A stretch of 63,960 nucleotides of DNA, the filler included, from Atractiella rhizophila (lineage: Eukaryota), in the NCBI GenBank assembly GCA_021432655.1. It is 4 parts of 4 records of this genome, joined end to end, with 100 filler letters (N's around TTAATTAATTAA, not from the genome) between each part and the next. Parts side by side here need not be neighbours in the genome. Positions count along the whole stretch, not along the records: positions 17,958 to 35,650 come from MU271870.1; positions 35,751 to 53,439 come from MU271871.1; 2 more parts are not named here. One strand, given 5' to 3'. This document shows positions 26,939 through 38,998 of this stretch, in pieces (the stretch's first letter is position 1; each line of letters opens with the position of its first letter). The notes beneath the pieces are model-generated. The model was not told where the DNA came from, made no database searches, and saw nothing but the letters and a program-made list of their open reading frames with translations. Position numbers and translations under genes: made by a program.

Positions 26939-27873
26939 TGTGTGTCAAAGTCCTGGATGCTCTGGCTGCCTTCCTCACTTTCTTCTGACCAAGTAGTGGT
27001 GGCTTCGCGTCGTAATGGAGGGATTATTTTCCTGTGGGGATGTAAACTCTCGATTCTATGGAAACCTCAAAGCTTACCCCTTACTTTTCTGTTTGATTTG
27101 CCCTGTCTGCGTTTGAGTTCGGGTCGGACGTCCCTGTTTGAACAGAATGTTAACAAGTCACTGCGCCATACTTTAGCGCACTTGACTGGAGGTTTCTACA
27201 GACTTTTTGGACTGGTTGTTCACACCTGGATAGTAGATCATGATCTCTCCTGTGCTGCGACGCTTCGTCCTTTGCCAGCTTTCAATGTTTTATCTCACTA
27301 TCTTGAACCCAGATGTCTTTGTCTAAAAAGCCTTTTGTTACCTAGTTACGACCCAAAGTTCCCTTGTATCAAGTGCCTTCTAGCGTTATTGTCCATACAG
27401 GTAGGTTTCCTTAAGATTTCTGAGTTAACCCATACCTTATAAATCCTATCTTGTTTGACCTTTGTACAAATAATGTATACTCTCCTTTTGTAAATGACTT
27501 TGGCAGCATATGCTGCAGGATGCGATTGGACTCGATCGAACCTCACTAGCCCCAAAAACTCAAACCATTAACATTCGCTGAACTTGAGCAATGAACAAAT
27601 CCATTCAGCATCAATTGTTTTTTTATGACAATCCTCACCGTTAATTCCATCCTGCAAGAACCAGTAAGTGTGATCGAACTATCTCAGATTATCTCAGGTA
27701 AGCCGTGCCATCCTGACATAAGACCAAGACACCAACGACAAATAATGACTAAATCACAGATGCACGACCTAAGGAGTGAACGGTAACTAAATTATGCAAG
27801 TAGTCACAGCGCGACAGTGAGGTATACACACAACACACACTCCATTATCTCACAACCTAGCCAAAATAACCCA

Positions 27874-29018
27874 TTACTTCCTCTTCTTCTTCCCGCCTCC
27901 TCCCGCGCTCGATCCAGCAGCCTCACTCTTCTTCGCCCACTCATTCTTCTTACCCTCGGTGACCGCGCTGCTGCTTCCCCATGCTGGTGCCGCCTCCTTC
28001 TTTTTCGGTTGCTCCCACCTCGCTGGCGGTTTCGGACCTTTTCCAGGACGGTGCATCAGGCCCACGAGCATGTTCGCGAAAGCGCCGGAGCCGATGAGGA
28101 GGAGCCAGTTGGGGATGCGGTCAGTGTAGAGGTGGAAGAAAGAAAAGAAGCGTCCAATGGGAGGCAGGATGAAGGCACTATTCGAATTTCCATAAGCGAC
28201 ATAAAATGCTCGACAGAAGACAAGTACTAAGGTCCATCGGGAGAGAACCATCCGTTCTTCCATGGCGCAATATACTTCCAGTACTCATCCTTGAGGAAGT
28301 CGTGCAAGTCTGTAGCATTGGGCCTGATCGTTCCCAACCGCAAGAAGCGAAGCTCGAGGTCGGCCATCCGCGCCGGCGAAGGAGCGTCTTCGGGAAGGTG
28401 CGAGAAGACGATGAGTGGCGGTCTGCATTCACCGAATAAGAATAAGTACAACGTAAACATTTTGGGAAGGAAATGCGTACTTTGGAATCATGAAGACGGT
28501 AGTGAGAACGTCCACCTTGAGATAATCCACACGACCAAACCGATAGTAATCCGCTAAATCCCCTCCTGCCATCGACGAGTTGTTCTCCGCCACCGAGAGA
28601 ACTGCTTCGCTGAACATGCTGGTGGAATCGCCGTGTCTAGGGGACTTCGCATAGCTTCCCATGCCAAAAGACAGAGCATTACACCGTAATCCCATCTAAG
28701 CAGAGCAGACAAGTGAAAAGCTCACACGTCGATAACCCACACAATTCCCCTCGCACTTTCAGAAAGTAAGGTATTCTCATAATTGCCGTCATTGAAATTC
28801 TTCATATATCTCGACGGTTTTATCACTTGGCCATCGTAATGGGCTTTGATGGCCGTTTCGTTCATCCTGAAGACATTTTTCATGACCCATGGCCATGGTC
28901 CCTTCGGTGCATTCTCTTCAACCGCTTCCGCTTTTGTGATAGGTCCTGCTGTCCTCCGGGTGGCAGCTGAGGATAGGCAGAAGAGAGAGAAGACAGGAAG
29001 CAGAGCAAAGAGGAGCAT
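27874..29018 (-). CDS. Type I ER membrane protein, TMX-like degenerate thioredoxin-fold family, multi-exon
   Basis: Signal peptide; FGRVDYL...LTTVFMI|PPLIVF...LRF...DFLKDEYW..PW...FSPDG; C-terminal TM segment; KKKRK* dilysine tail; no CxxC. Confidence 0.6.
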
Positions 29019-29246
29019 CCTGAGCTTGCGTGGAAGTTGCGTCGTCGTCTGAGCTGCAAAAGTTTATTTGAAATGGGAGATTGATAAGGTCTGGAGATAA
29101 TGAATAGGGTTGCCTTTGTTTTGCTCTTTGTCGTTTTTAGCAATTTGGAGCACTGTTAGGCCTTTCGATTGTGTCCTCCCAGCCCCTCTTCACGCGATTT
29201 CAGCTTCAGTTTGTGATTCCAGCTTCGGAGGCTTTTTTCTTGGCAG

Positions 29247-30960
29247 ATGGAACAGCTTTCACAAGTGGACCTCGATGCGGAATGGATCAAATGGAGAGAA
29301 TATCTCACTAAACCTTTGACGGAAGAAGAATTCGAAGCTATGGACGAAGAGAATGAAGAGAACCCTGATCCCTCTGAGTACTGTCCCATATGTGGAGCAA
29401 AACCTGGAACGCCTGGTGATCTTTGTTCTGCTCTTCTACGCGAACCACCTTTGCCTTACATGAACATGAATGATCTGTCTTGGTTCGGTCAGTTCGCCGA
29501 TATTTTACGGGCTGGGCCGTATCCTATCTTTCAAAGAAGATTTTTACCGCTCGATTGTAACGAGTCTCCTCAGCCAGAATATCCGGCACTTTGGCATCCT
29601 TGGGGCAGATATTCAATATTTTCACGACTCCGTCAGACGTTTGATCTCCCCCTCCCTGACACCGCACCAAGCACCATCCCTTATACGTGGTACGATGGCA
29701 AGGCTATAGCTCCTTATAAAGGGACTTACGCCACCTATGGCGTTGTTTGTTTTCTATATGGCGGCAGTTTCTACGAGTGGGACCCAAAGTCGAATGCAAT
29801 TACGGAACTAGGGAACCCCAGCAGAACAAAGTTTTATTCAGCCTTTGAGCAACCGCCACAGCGTGATGAGACTTCCCATTCCAATCGTGGTGAAAGCAAA
29901 AAGCAAACCCGGAAAAAGAAGAAGAAATGGTGAGTTGTACTTTTTAGACATACCAAGGCATATAATTGAGTCGTAGGGAGCCAAACTTTCGTGCTCCAGT
30001 CGTCATGGTACATAATTTCATTTTCTCTTTGGGAGAACTCAGTGTTGCGGCGCTAGGTCAAGACCATGGTTCTCAACGACATGCCAGCCTTTGGTCGACT
30101 GCCTCTCGAGTTGGTGGACGAGATTTTATTCTTCCTTAAACCGTTGCATTTTCCCTTCGACTCGGATTTCGACGCGAAAGCTGCCGAAAATCTGGGCAGA
30201 CGACACGGTCTCAGTTCCTTCATTCGATCTGCCAAGAGGTTCGTCGATATCGGGAGACGACATCTTTATCAGTCTCCTTGGTTGAAAGGATGGTATCAGT
30301 GGGAAGACCTGACAGACGAGCTCTTGTTTCTGCGAACTATCAAGCAAAATCCACATTTGCGAAGTTTGGTGAAAAGTTTCACCTACAATTTGGAGATAGG
30401 GCTCCACGGCGGTCTAGAAAGTCTGTCTGGGATTTTAGACGAAAGTCATCATATAGAGTCGCTTAGTCTGCAAGGTATGTCTTCTCTTTTACCTCTTGTT
30501 CAGAATAAAGCCATAGTTCAAATATTCAGGTTTGAACTCAATCTCTAGCTTTTACATCATGTATTCCTTCAAGGATTTCCGTCGTATCTCTTGTCTGAAG
30601 CTTCACGGTATCCCCAAGGCTAGGCGATTTAGCATTTCCATCATACTCCGCTACCTGGCAAGATTCACTCATCTTCGCGAGCTCGAGCTCCGTCGAGTGC
30701 AATTTTCACCTACGTTCCGCAAGGAAGCGTCCAACCTGATGGATTACTGGTTTCAAAAACCGGAATTCAAACTTCAAACACTTGCAATCCATGACAGCGG
30801 AGTTGGACCCGACTTTGTCCCTATACTCGAAACCTCGCTGTTTACCTTGAAAACTCTGGTGTGGGAAGATGTCGAGTGCTCTTGTGACGAAACCGTCCAT
30901 ATTTTGAAGAATCTTACTCGGAATTCTCGCTGGGAACAATTCTTTGGAGTTTATAGGTGA
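29247..30960 (+). CDS. Cassette F-box gene copy 3 (inverted relative to copies 1 and 2), C-terminally truncated or replaced
   Basis: Exons 29247-29929, 29977-30007 and 30057 onward join in frame (KKW-EPNFRAPVVM-VKTMVLNDMPAFGRLPLELVDEIL). The first 70 aa are 53/70 identical to copy 1. Homology ends near 30945. Confidence 0.7.
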
Positions 30961-31559
30961 CACATTGAGAAATTGGGTGCAAACTCCAATTAGCCTTTCC
31001 TACAGTCACTTTTCATACCCGTGCAAAGTAACTTTCATTGTTCCTCATAGCTCCTCAAGATGCCTCATTGAGGTCCGCCATTAAATCTTCACCAGTTCAC
31101 CCCTCACACAGACTCCATCAATCCTTCCCGTGTGACTCGGTCAATGGCGCCAGGTCCTCCCGCCACTCATCCTCTACTCATCCTCCACTTCATCCAGGCC
31201 AAAGAGAACCTCTCCCAGTCGCATCTTCCAAATTTCGTCGGCAATGCATCCAGCTTATTCAACCTCAACCCCCCGGATAATTTCGTAAGAATTGATCCAA
31301 CTGATGTGGGATTGTTACCCAGTTGTGAGCGTTGAGGAGTTCAGATAGCGTCCACTTGGCGACGTATGAGAGTGTTAATGAGGAATCATAGAGATATGCG
31401 CAGTGTCCTTTAGGCTGCTCTCTGCCGAGCTCTACCCAAAGGGAGTAATAAAGTTGGAGTGCGAACGGGCACCTCACCAAGGCGATAAGCTAACAAGGAG
31501 ATATTCGAGGATGTCTGGTAGCCAAACTTGGCAGGGCAACAAGCAATAAAAGTACTAAG

Positions 31560-33734
31560 TTGGTGTCGAAGGATACCTCAAAGGATGTACTGATCTCCCT
31601 TTGTTCAACATCGCAGCGACCCTTTTGTAGGCGACAAGCACTTCAGCAAGACAGTAAGGCTAACAAGAGCACTCGAAGGCTACCCGAGATTCGTCTTTGT
31701 GCAGAGGAAATCCTCAAAAGGTCGCCCATAAAAAGGTATGGAAGCTTAACTCATCTCATCACACATCATGTCCAGAAACATTCGAGCTCAGTTCGACCAC
31801 AGTGCCACGCGTTGGGAGGCCTGTCAATGGACGCTGACTGAGGTAACAAGTGTGGGCTCAGCCAAGCTCCAATTGACAGTGTAGTAGATTGCTCGCTTCT
31901 TTGAAGACATGGCGCATGAAATCAGCGCTGGCAGATACCAACTACAAAGGCAAAGTGACAGAGACAAATTCATCTCGGTGTATAACACATTCCTAAGGCC
32001 TTATCAGGACAACAGCGGATCGCGTTGGGTTCGGCCTCCAACTAAAGTCAATTATTACGAGACATCATACGACATCCATAATGTTTACATGGCTCTAGGT
32101 CTGGTCTTTGCTTTTAATGTTGTAAAGCTAACCCTGATACAGTGTGGATGCTTGCTTCGATCGTAGATCCGCCACCACTGCCGGAGAACGAACCCAACCT
32201 TTGGATTTTGCAGATGGCTGTAGTTCTGTGCTTCTGGATCTTCAGAGTCAATAACACTCCTAAAGGAAAACCCGTCGCTGTTGGCTTCATAGGATGGACT
32301 GATGGGCTGCACTCCTGGTGGAGTGGCACATCGGCCCCTCCTCGACTTGTTTTTGGTCACTCCGCGCCAGCTGCTTCCAAGAAGGGGGTGAAGATGGCAG
32401 CCGAAGAATATTTCCAGGTTCGTATGGATCTAGGATCGTCGATCACCCAACCGGTAAAAAGCTGGGAAGGCAGAGGAAGACCGCCTAAAGGGGACGACCC
32501 TCGGGATCAATATCGCAAGGGTCGCACACCCTCACCTTTTCCGAAGAAACGGCGAGACATCTTCTCAACACCTCACCCAGATCAACTTCGGACTGATTCC
32601 AAGAATCGCGGCGAACGTAAACATGAATTGGGGATCCTATTAAACCTCCACCTGCCCCAAGATTGGGACAACGAGAAGAAATGGTTAGACCACTGGAGGA
32701 GCTTGGCAAGAAATCAGGAAGAGAGGTCTAGGATTGAACAGCTGATGAAGTCAACTAACTCGTTCAAAGCGCGTCCGAAAATGCATTGTGCCGAATCCTG
32801 CTCTTACTCCATGTGCGTTCCCTTTAGCGGGTCATGAGACATGGTTAATTGCTTAGCTAGCTTGTTCGAAGAGCACCACAAATACTCTTATGGGCTCGCA
32901 ATGAACGTAGAAGATGTAGTCCACACATTCTATGATTCGAAAGCAGGAGCGCTTCTTGATAGGGGTTGTTGGGATAGTGTTACGGCTCTCAAGCGCCTTA
33001 TCATTGACCCTTGCGCTGCTTGCTGGCAGCAAAAACGTTGGGTGGAACGGCAACAGGTTGAACGAATCGATCGGGACTTCTCTGTCACCGATGCGGCATA
33101 TTTCTCACCCCAAATCACTGCTAATTTCAGGTTGGATGCTCATTACGAGGACCCACAGTGGGACGAAGATGTTTTGCAAAGTCATCAGGGACACCAAAGC
33201 TTGCACGATAATTCTTCGAGACCGTCGAACTTCGGAGCATCCACCTCATCGAGAACACTTCCATCGTCGTCTCAGCTTTCTGGACGATATCCTTCACCTG
33301 CGACTGGGCGATCTGGATACGACAGCGGTCTGTATGCACCACGGCCCGATCCTTACTTGCCTGATCCCACCTCGAGTCAATCGTCATCGACGAGATTCTT
33401 TAGTGCCCCAGGAACGAGGCAACCAGGTCACTACCAACCTCGATACAACGTTCCCACGACAGGATCAGCCCCCGGTCCCAATTACTCTAGCGGCAAGGGA
33501 GAAGCCAGGTATGGCAGCGGGCGGCGCTCGATGTATTCTGAGGCACCTCCTTCTCCTTCTCGGGCGAACGGGTACGGTGGCCCTTCTCATGGGACCGCAT
33601 ATTCGGACGATTATGACTTGGGAGCCACCTCTCACTCACAAGACAGTCGTTACTATCAAGGGAATCCTTATAAGCCAGGACAATCTTCTCGCTATCACAT
33701 GGATTACTATGATCCATATCCTAGGAAGTATTAG
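31560..33734 (+). CDS. Hypothetical protein with a Zn-deaminase-like CAE...PCxxC signature and a low-complexity Y/S/G/P tail; start uncertain
   Basis: Introns 31843-31887, 32099-32142 and 32813-32860 join the ORFs in frame. HCAE is at 32784-32795 and PCAAC at 33009-33023. Confidence 0.6.
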
Positions 33735-34364
33735 GCATGCCCGCACGAAAGCGTCTCCTTCCTCGGTTCTGACTATGCATCATGCCTTCTTCTAAATAAA
33801 AATTAAAAAAGTCAAAAAAAAAATTCTTGTACAGCTGCTTTGAGTATACAATGATATATGACACATGTTTTCATGCCAATGTTGATCTCGCAGAACCAGA
33901 TTTCAGATTTCAGATCTCAGTAAGGCCTTAGCAGAACCTTTCACATGTCATCATTTGTAAAAAAACAACGTGCAAACTCAACGGTAGGGAGCAGAGGATC
34001 ATTCACGGTATAACCAGATTGTAATCCTCCTTACATATTTTCATCTGAACTTGGATACTTATTATATTATCGTTTGCCTAATGAAAGGCTCTTCTAGTGA
34101 CACAAAAGCAACCTCGTCCTTCCAAAGCAAAAACCATATATAACAAGTTTCAGCTCCAAAAGCAAATGAAACAGGCTGTTGTGACATGTATACAACAGAA
34201 AGCACTCCGAACTCACCTGTCATAGCTCCCTCCGCTCCCATCCATCCCACTTGATACACCGTGAACTCCCAACCTTTCACTCTAATCCTCCTCACTTCCC
34301 CGTTGCGATTGCACCTGGGCAGTCAGTGCAATTGGTAGAGGAATCTGCTTGTGTTTCGGGAAGT

Positions 34365-34660
34365 ACAAGTGTGTCAACGGCCTTCGTCCCTCAGGCCCCC
34401 CACCCACTTGCAAGGGGCATGGCCCCTTGAACCCTACTGTGACCGTTGTCATTGTCAGGGTTCGAGTCCAGTACAAAACACATTTTTCAACCCTTTCAGA
34501 ATAAAATTTCCTTGCAGGTTCAGAAAGGGGCAAGCATATGGGATACGATGGTATAATACATTTCATTCTATTGTGTATGGTGAGGGAGATGTGAGGGCTC
34601 AAAAGTGCGTCTTATGACTCATGCTAAGACCTGATGAATCTTAGAGTATAGGATCAAGAT
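34365..34660 (+). repeat. ~290-bp dispersed structured repeat (hairpins, B-box-like motif, TGACTCA)
   Basis: Aligns by eye with the reverse complement of 47075-47364. Confidence 0.8.
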
Positions 34661-35650
34661 AGGGTCCCGATTGCGTTATTGGGAACTCGTCACGGAACTG
34701 CAGCTGGACGGTGTCAGGAACAGGAACTGAAACTGAACTATGAAGCACCTTGAAGGCAACAAGTGGACTTTGATTGAACTTTACACTATAGTTCATGAAT
34801 TATCGTCATGGCCACAAATAGGGTTGCAAATACTTGGCAAGAGTCAGCTGACCCACCGCTACTGCTTCTGCATTTCGGCGACTTGGTCGTTGGCAAGTCC
34901 ATTCGTCGCCTGTCAAAGACAAATGCTCATTGCCTTCTCGCACCATCACCAATGTCGCATTTACGAAAATTGCCCTCAATTGCGAGGCCCCCTCCCCCTC
35001 ACTTTAAGAGGATCTACTCCTCTGCATGCCCCACTGGGTGAATCCCTATGAACGTAGGTCTAGGCGAGGCGCCGGTCTGTTCCTCAACGGACAGATCGGC
35101 AACCAGTTTGTTGGTGAGTCACTCACCCCATTTTCGCAAAACAGTTGCTTATTGCACCAAAACAACACCGGTCAAATTTCAAAAAATCCCTCAATTGTGA
35201 GGTGCACAATGACTCCCCCTCATCTTACACTCTGTTTTGGTTTTGATGTTTATTGTATCCTATTTTTTGCTTTTACCTTTTTGTTTACCTGTCCTTGTTC
35301 GCTCGACAACACATTATCCCACAAAGAAGACAGACTGGCGATGAGCACACAAACCGCCGACCCGTTATACTATGGTGACGGTCACCTAGTCCCAACAACA
35401 ATGTCTTAGCATGACTCATTGATGATAGTTGATGAATTTTGTTCCAAATTTTCCAGGCTTTTTTTTTTTCTAGTTCGAGTTGGAGAAGCTGTTCAAGTCA
35501 CATAAGAAAGAAAGTTGTGATGCACAATTTTGCAAGAATATATTAGTCCAATCAAATTGTGAAGGAAGAATATGTTTGTAATAACTATGTCTCTCTAAAC
35601 ATCATGTCGAGCTGCCCGTGCCTCTGGAACCCTGCGATGGGAAGAGTATT

Positions 35651-35750
35651 NNNNNNNNNNNNNNNNNNNNNNNNNNNNNNNNNNNNNNNNNNNNTTAATT
35701 AATTAANNNNNNNNNNNNNNNNNNNNNNNNNNNNNNNNNNNNNNNNNNNN
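35651..35750. other. Artificial contig linker
   Basis: N44-TTAATTAATTAA-N44. Confidence 0.97.
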
Positions 35751-35776
35751 TATTCCTCACACAAATCACCATTAAT

Positions 35777-37739
35777 ATGTCAGCCCCTTCCGCATCAGCA
35801 TCGCCCGATGAGGACGCAGTTCCTTCCGTACGCCCGTCCTTTGTGTTATTGTTGGCATAAGTAAATGCGAATCGCATATCTGCTTAGGCTGCAGCTGCTC
35901 TTATCACGCAAGTAACGCCGCAAACCACTCATAATACTCGTCTAATATCTCCGCCTAAAATCTCCAAATCCCAGAAGAAAAAGCAGACCTCCAAAACCAC
36001 TGATAATTTCGCTGAAGCACCTTCGCATTCTCCACCCTCCGATTCTGCACCAGCACAGTCTGGTCAACCCGAAGCTCCATCTACAGATCCACTTGTCGAT
36101 GATACCTTAGAGAAATTGGAGCTGCATCCGACCAACCCAGAATCCCTTACGACGGCAAACACGACATCCACAACAGTTAACGGTATTCTGTCCACCGAAG
36201 AGATCGCAGCAAAGATCATAGCGCCGAAAGATGCAACCGCGCCCGCCAGCGAGGAAGAGGGAGCTCCGGCTCCAGCCAAGGCGGCAGATGCAGGCGAGAA
36301 GGCGGTTGTGGACGAGGAGAAGGGAAAGGAAAGAAAACGTCGGCACAAACGTCTTCGGAAATCTTTGAAGCCAGCAAGATCAACTTCTGACCCTGATGCG
36401 GCACCGTCAGACAAGGAGGCAGGGAAGGAGAGGCGTGGACTGCTGAAGTGGGTCCGTGCACTCCGACTCTCTGCCTTCATTCCTTGTGTCTCCAATGCTG
36501 CACATGACCCAGCAGACCAGACGGACGCTGAGAAGGCCGCCCCTTCCGCTCCCGCCCCTATCCCTGCTGTCGAGAACGAGAAAGATACCCCAGTTCCCGC
36601 TCCCGTTCCCGTTCCAGCTCCAGCTCCGGCTACACCATCTCCATCTAGACAAAGATCTTCGCGATCCTTGACTCCCATGCGACATGGCAGTACCACTCCT
36701 TCTGCCGAGCCGATCCACACGGATACAGAGCACGCTGCTCAAATTCTCGCTTCGACGACAAGTGGAGGAGCGTTGAGTCCTGGTGTGGTTCTACCGGTGG
36801 AAGAGACTGGGGGAGTGTTGAGCTCGGACGTTATGCCGATTGGAAAAGGGACCATAACAAGTAGGGAAAGAGAATCAGATAGGGCTGAGAGCTCATCGAG
36901 CGAAGAGGAAGAGGAGGTAGAGAGCGAGGTAGAAGAGGAGGAGGAGGAGGAGGGGGAGGAGGAACCAGTGCCGATGCATGGCGGTTTGGGCATCCCGATT
37001 GGCCCAGATGGAAAACCTAAACCTCTTCTGCCGGAACTTCTACCCAGCGATGCTGGAAAGAAATGTTTAGTTCTTGACCTGGACGAGACTTTGGTTCATT
37101 CTAGTTTTAAGGTAAGGCTAACATTCCATTTACATATTTGCCTTTATAAAACTGACTGACGTGACCGTAATAGTTTGTCCCTAGGGCTGATTTCATTATT
37201 CCAGTGGAGATTGATAATCAAGTGCACAACTTCTACGTGCTCAAGCGACCCGGCGTTGACGGTTGGTTACCCTGCTAACTAGTTCTGCGTTAGCGACTCA
37301 CCGATGTCCTCTTTAGATTTTCTCCGCGCTATGGGTGAGGTGTACGAAGTAGTCGTATGGACTGCATCACTCGCGAAGTATGCCAACCCATGTCTTGATA
37401 ACTTGGATCCTGGACGTGTCGTTCGCCATCGACTCTTCCGAGAGGCGTGCTATAACCATCATGGGACGTACGTCAAGGATCTGTCGCAATTGGGGAGACC
37501 GGTCAGCGATACTATCATCATCGATAATTCACCAGCTTCGTACATTTTTCACTCCACCAGTGCCGTCCCAGTTTCGAGTTGGTTCAATGATCCACATGAC
37601 ACAGAACTATACGATTTGCAGCGCGTTCGTGCCATTATGTCTCCCCCTTCTGATATCACTGATAAGTACGATATAGTTTCTTGCTGACATCACCGACGTT
37701 GATGATGCCAGGGCCGTTCTTGATGGCGGCCTTAGTTGA
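35777..37739 (+). CDS. PSR1: Psr1/Psr2-like small CTD phosphatase (FCP1/SCP HAD family), multi-exon
   Basis: [67 protein letters not shown] and [10 protein letters not shown]. Confidence 0.9.
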
Positions 37740-38998
37740 ATGACTGTCAAGGTCGGAAAAGCCTTTCCTCCCGCTTCGTTCTCGAAGCTACGTACCGTTT
37801 CGAGCACCGAACTACGAGTTTCCTTTGTGAACTCATCCGAATATTATCATGCCACCTTATTAAGATCGCCTTTCGCTTTCTTATCTCTAATCGATCCCCA
37901 ATCCTATGTACAGATCGCGGAGCGTCTAAAAACCCAAAAGAACCCAGTCCCAACCCAACCCCAAAAACAAAACAAAAACAATGAACAATTCAAACAACGG
38001 TCCAAACAACCCGCCTTCCTCCGCCAAACCAACCAAAAAAGTTAACCCAACTGGTTCAACCGGTGGCCCCCAAAAAACAACCAAAACCCTCCAAACCAAA
38101 AAAAACTCAAAGGGCCCAATCAACCCCCCGTCCAAGGAAAAGGTCAAAAAACAACCCCGTCAACCCAACCAACAAACAAAGTTCCGGCCCCCCTCAAGGT
38201 TGAATGCAACTCAACCCCCAAACCCCCCCCCCTTGGCGGTTTCAAAGGCTTCCCGTTTTAAGGACGCACGTCTACATTTTACTCTCTTCAGATATTGACC
38301 TAATTCTGTCGTTCACTTTCAACGATGTAAACTCGCATTTCTTCTTCTTAAATTGGATTCTCTTGATCTTGATTACCTCCATCTTTCTTTCTCAGTGTAT
38401 GTTCAAAGGACACGATTTGCATGTTCATGTTTTTGATGCATTGCTATGAAATCTAAATACTCGCTGTTAACGATTCTACCATTCGACTTGCTGGAAGTGC
38501 GGAAACGGCCGTTTTACTACAGGATCTCTTAAAGCTCTACGCTCCAACAGGCTGAGTTCCCGCTGTTGTCGGCTTTGTTCACAATTGTGATTACCCATAA
38601 CACTCAAACCCGCTTGCGTATAGCGAACAAGTAAATTGGTACGATTTCAGGTGACGATTTCTTGCTGTGGCAATGGTTTATGGTTTATGGGTCTAGTGGT
38701 CAACGTGTGAGTCAAGTCAACTGCACTTCGGATATTTATTGTGGAATAACATTCGGACCTTTCATTGAACGAATTGCTTCTGTTACATGCGCGTTCAGGG
38801 CTTGTGGCATTAGTCTTCCTCGCCGCTGGCACCCTTCTTCAAGTCACTTAACCGCCTGCTCCGTCTAATTTGACTAGTTTTGCTCAATCTATTATCGTCA
38901 ATACCTCAACGCGTCACTTTTATGCAGTAACGGCCTAGGTCTTGACGCTGATACACTGTCTTGTTCACCTCCTAAAGCACTGCAAACCCGTTCTCAAG

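Noticed and set aside
34459..34469. tRNA gene suggested by GGTTCGAGTCC
   Set aside because: There is no cloverleaf or convincing A-box; it is kept only as a motif within the repeat.
37925..38260. A/C-run-rich stretch with an N/P/K/Q-rich ORF
   Set aside because: The inflated homopolymers and doubled bases look like uncorrected low-quality read sequence, and no coherent repeat unit is visible.
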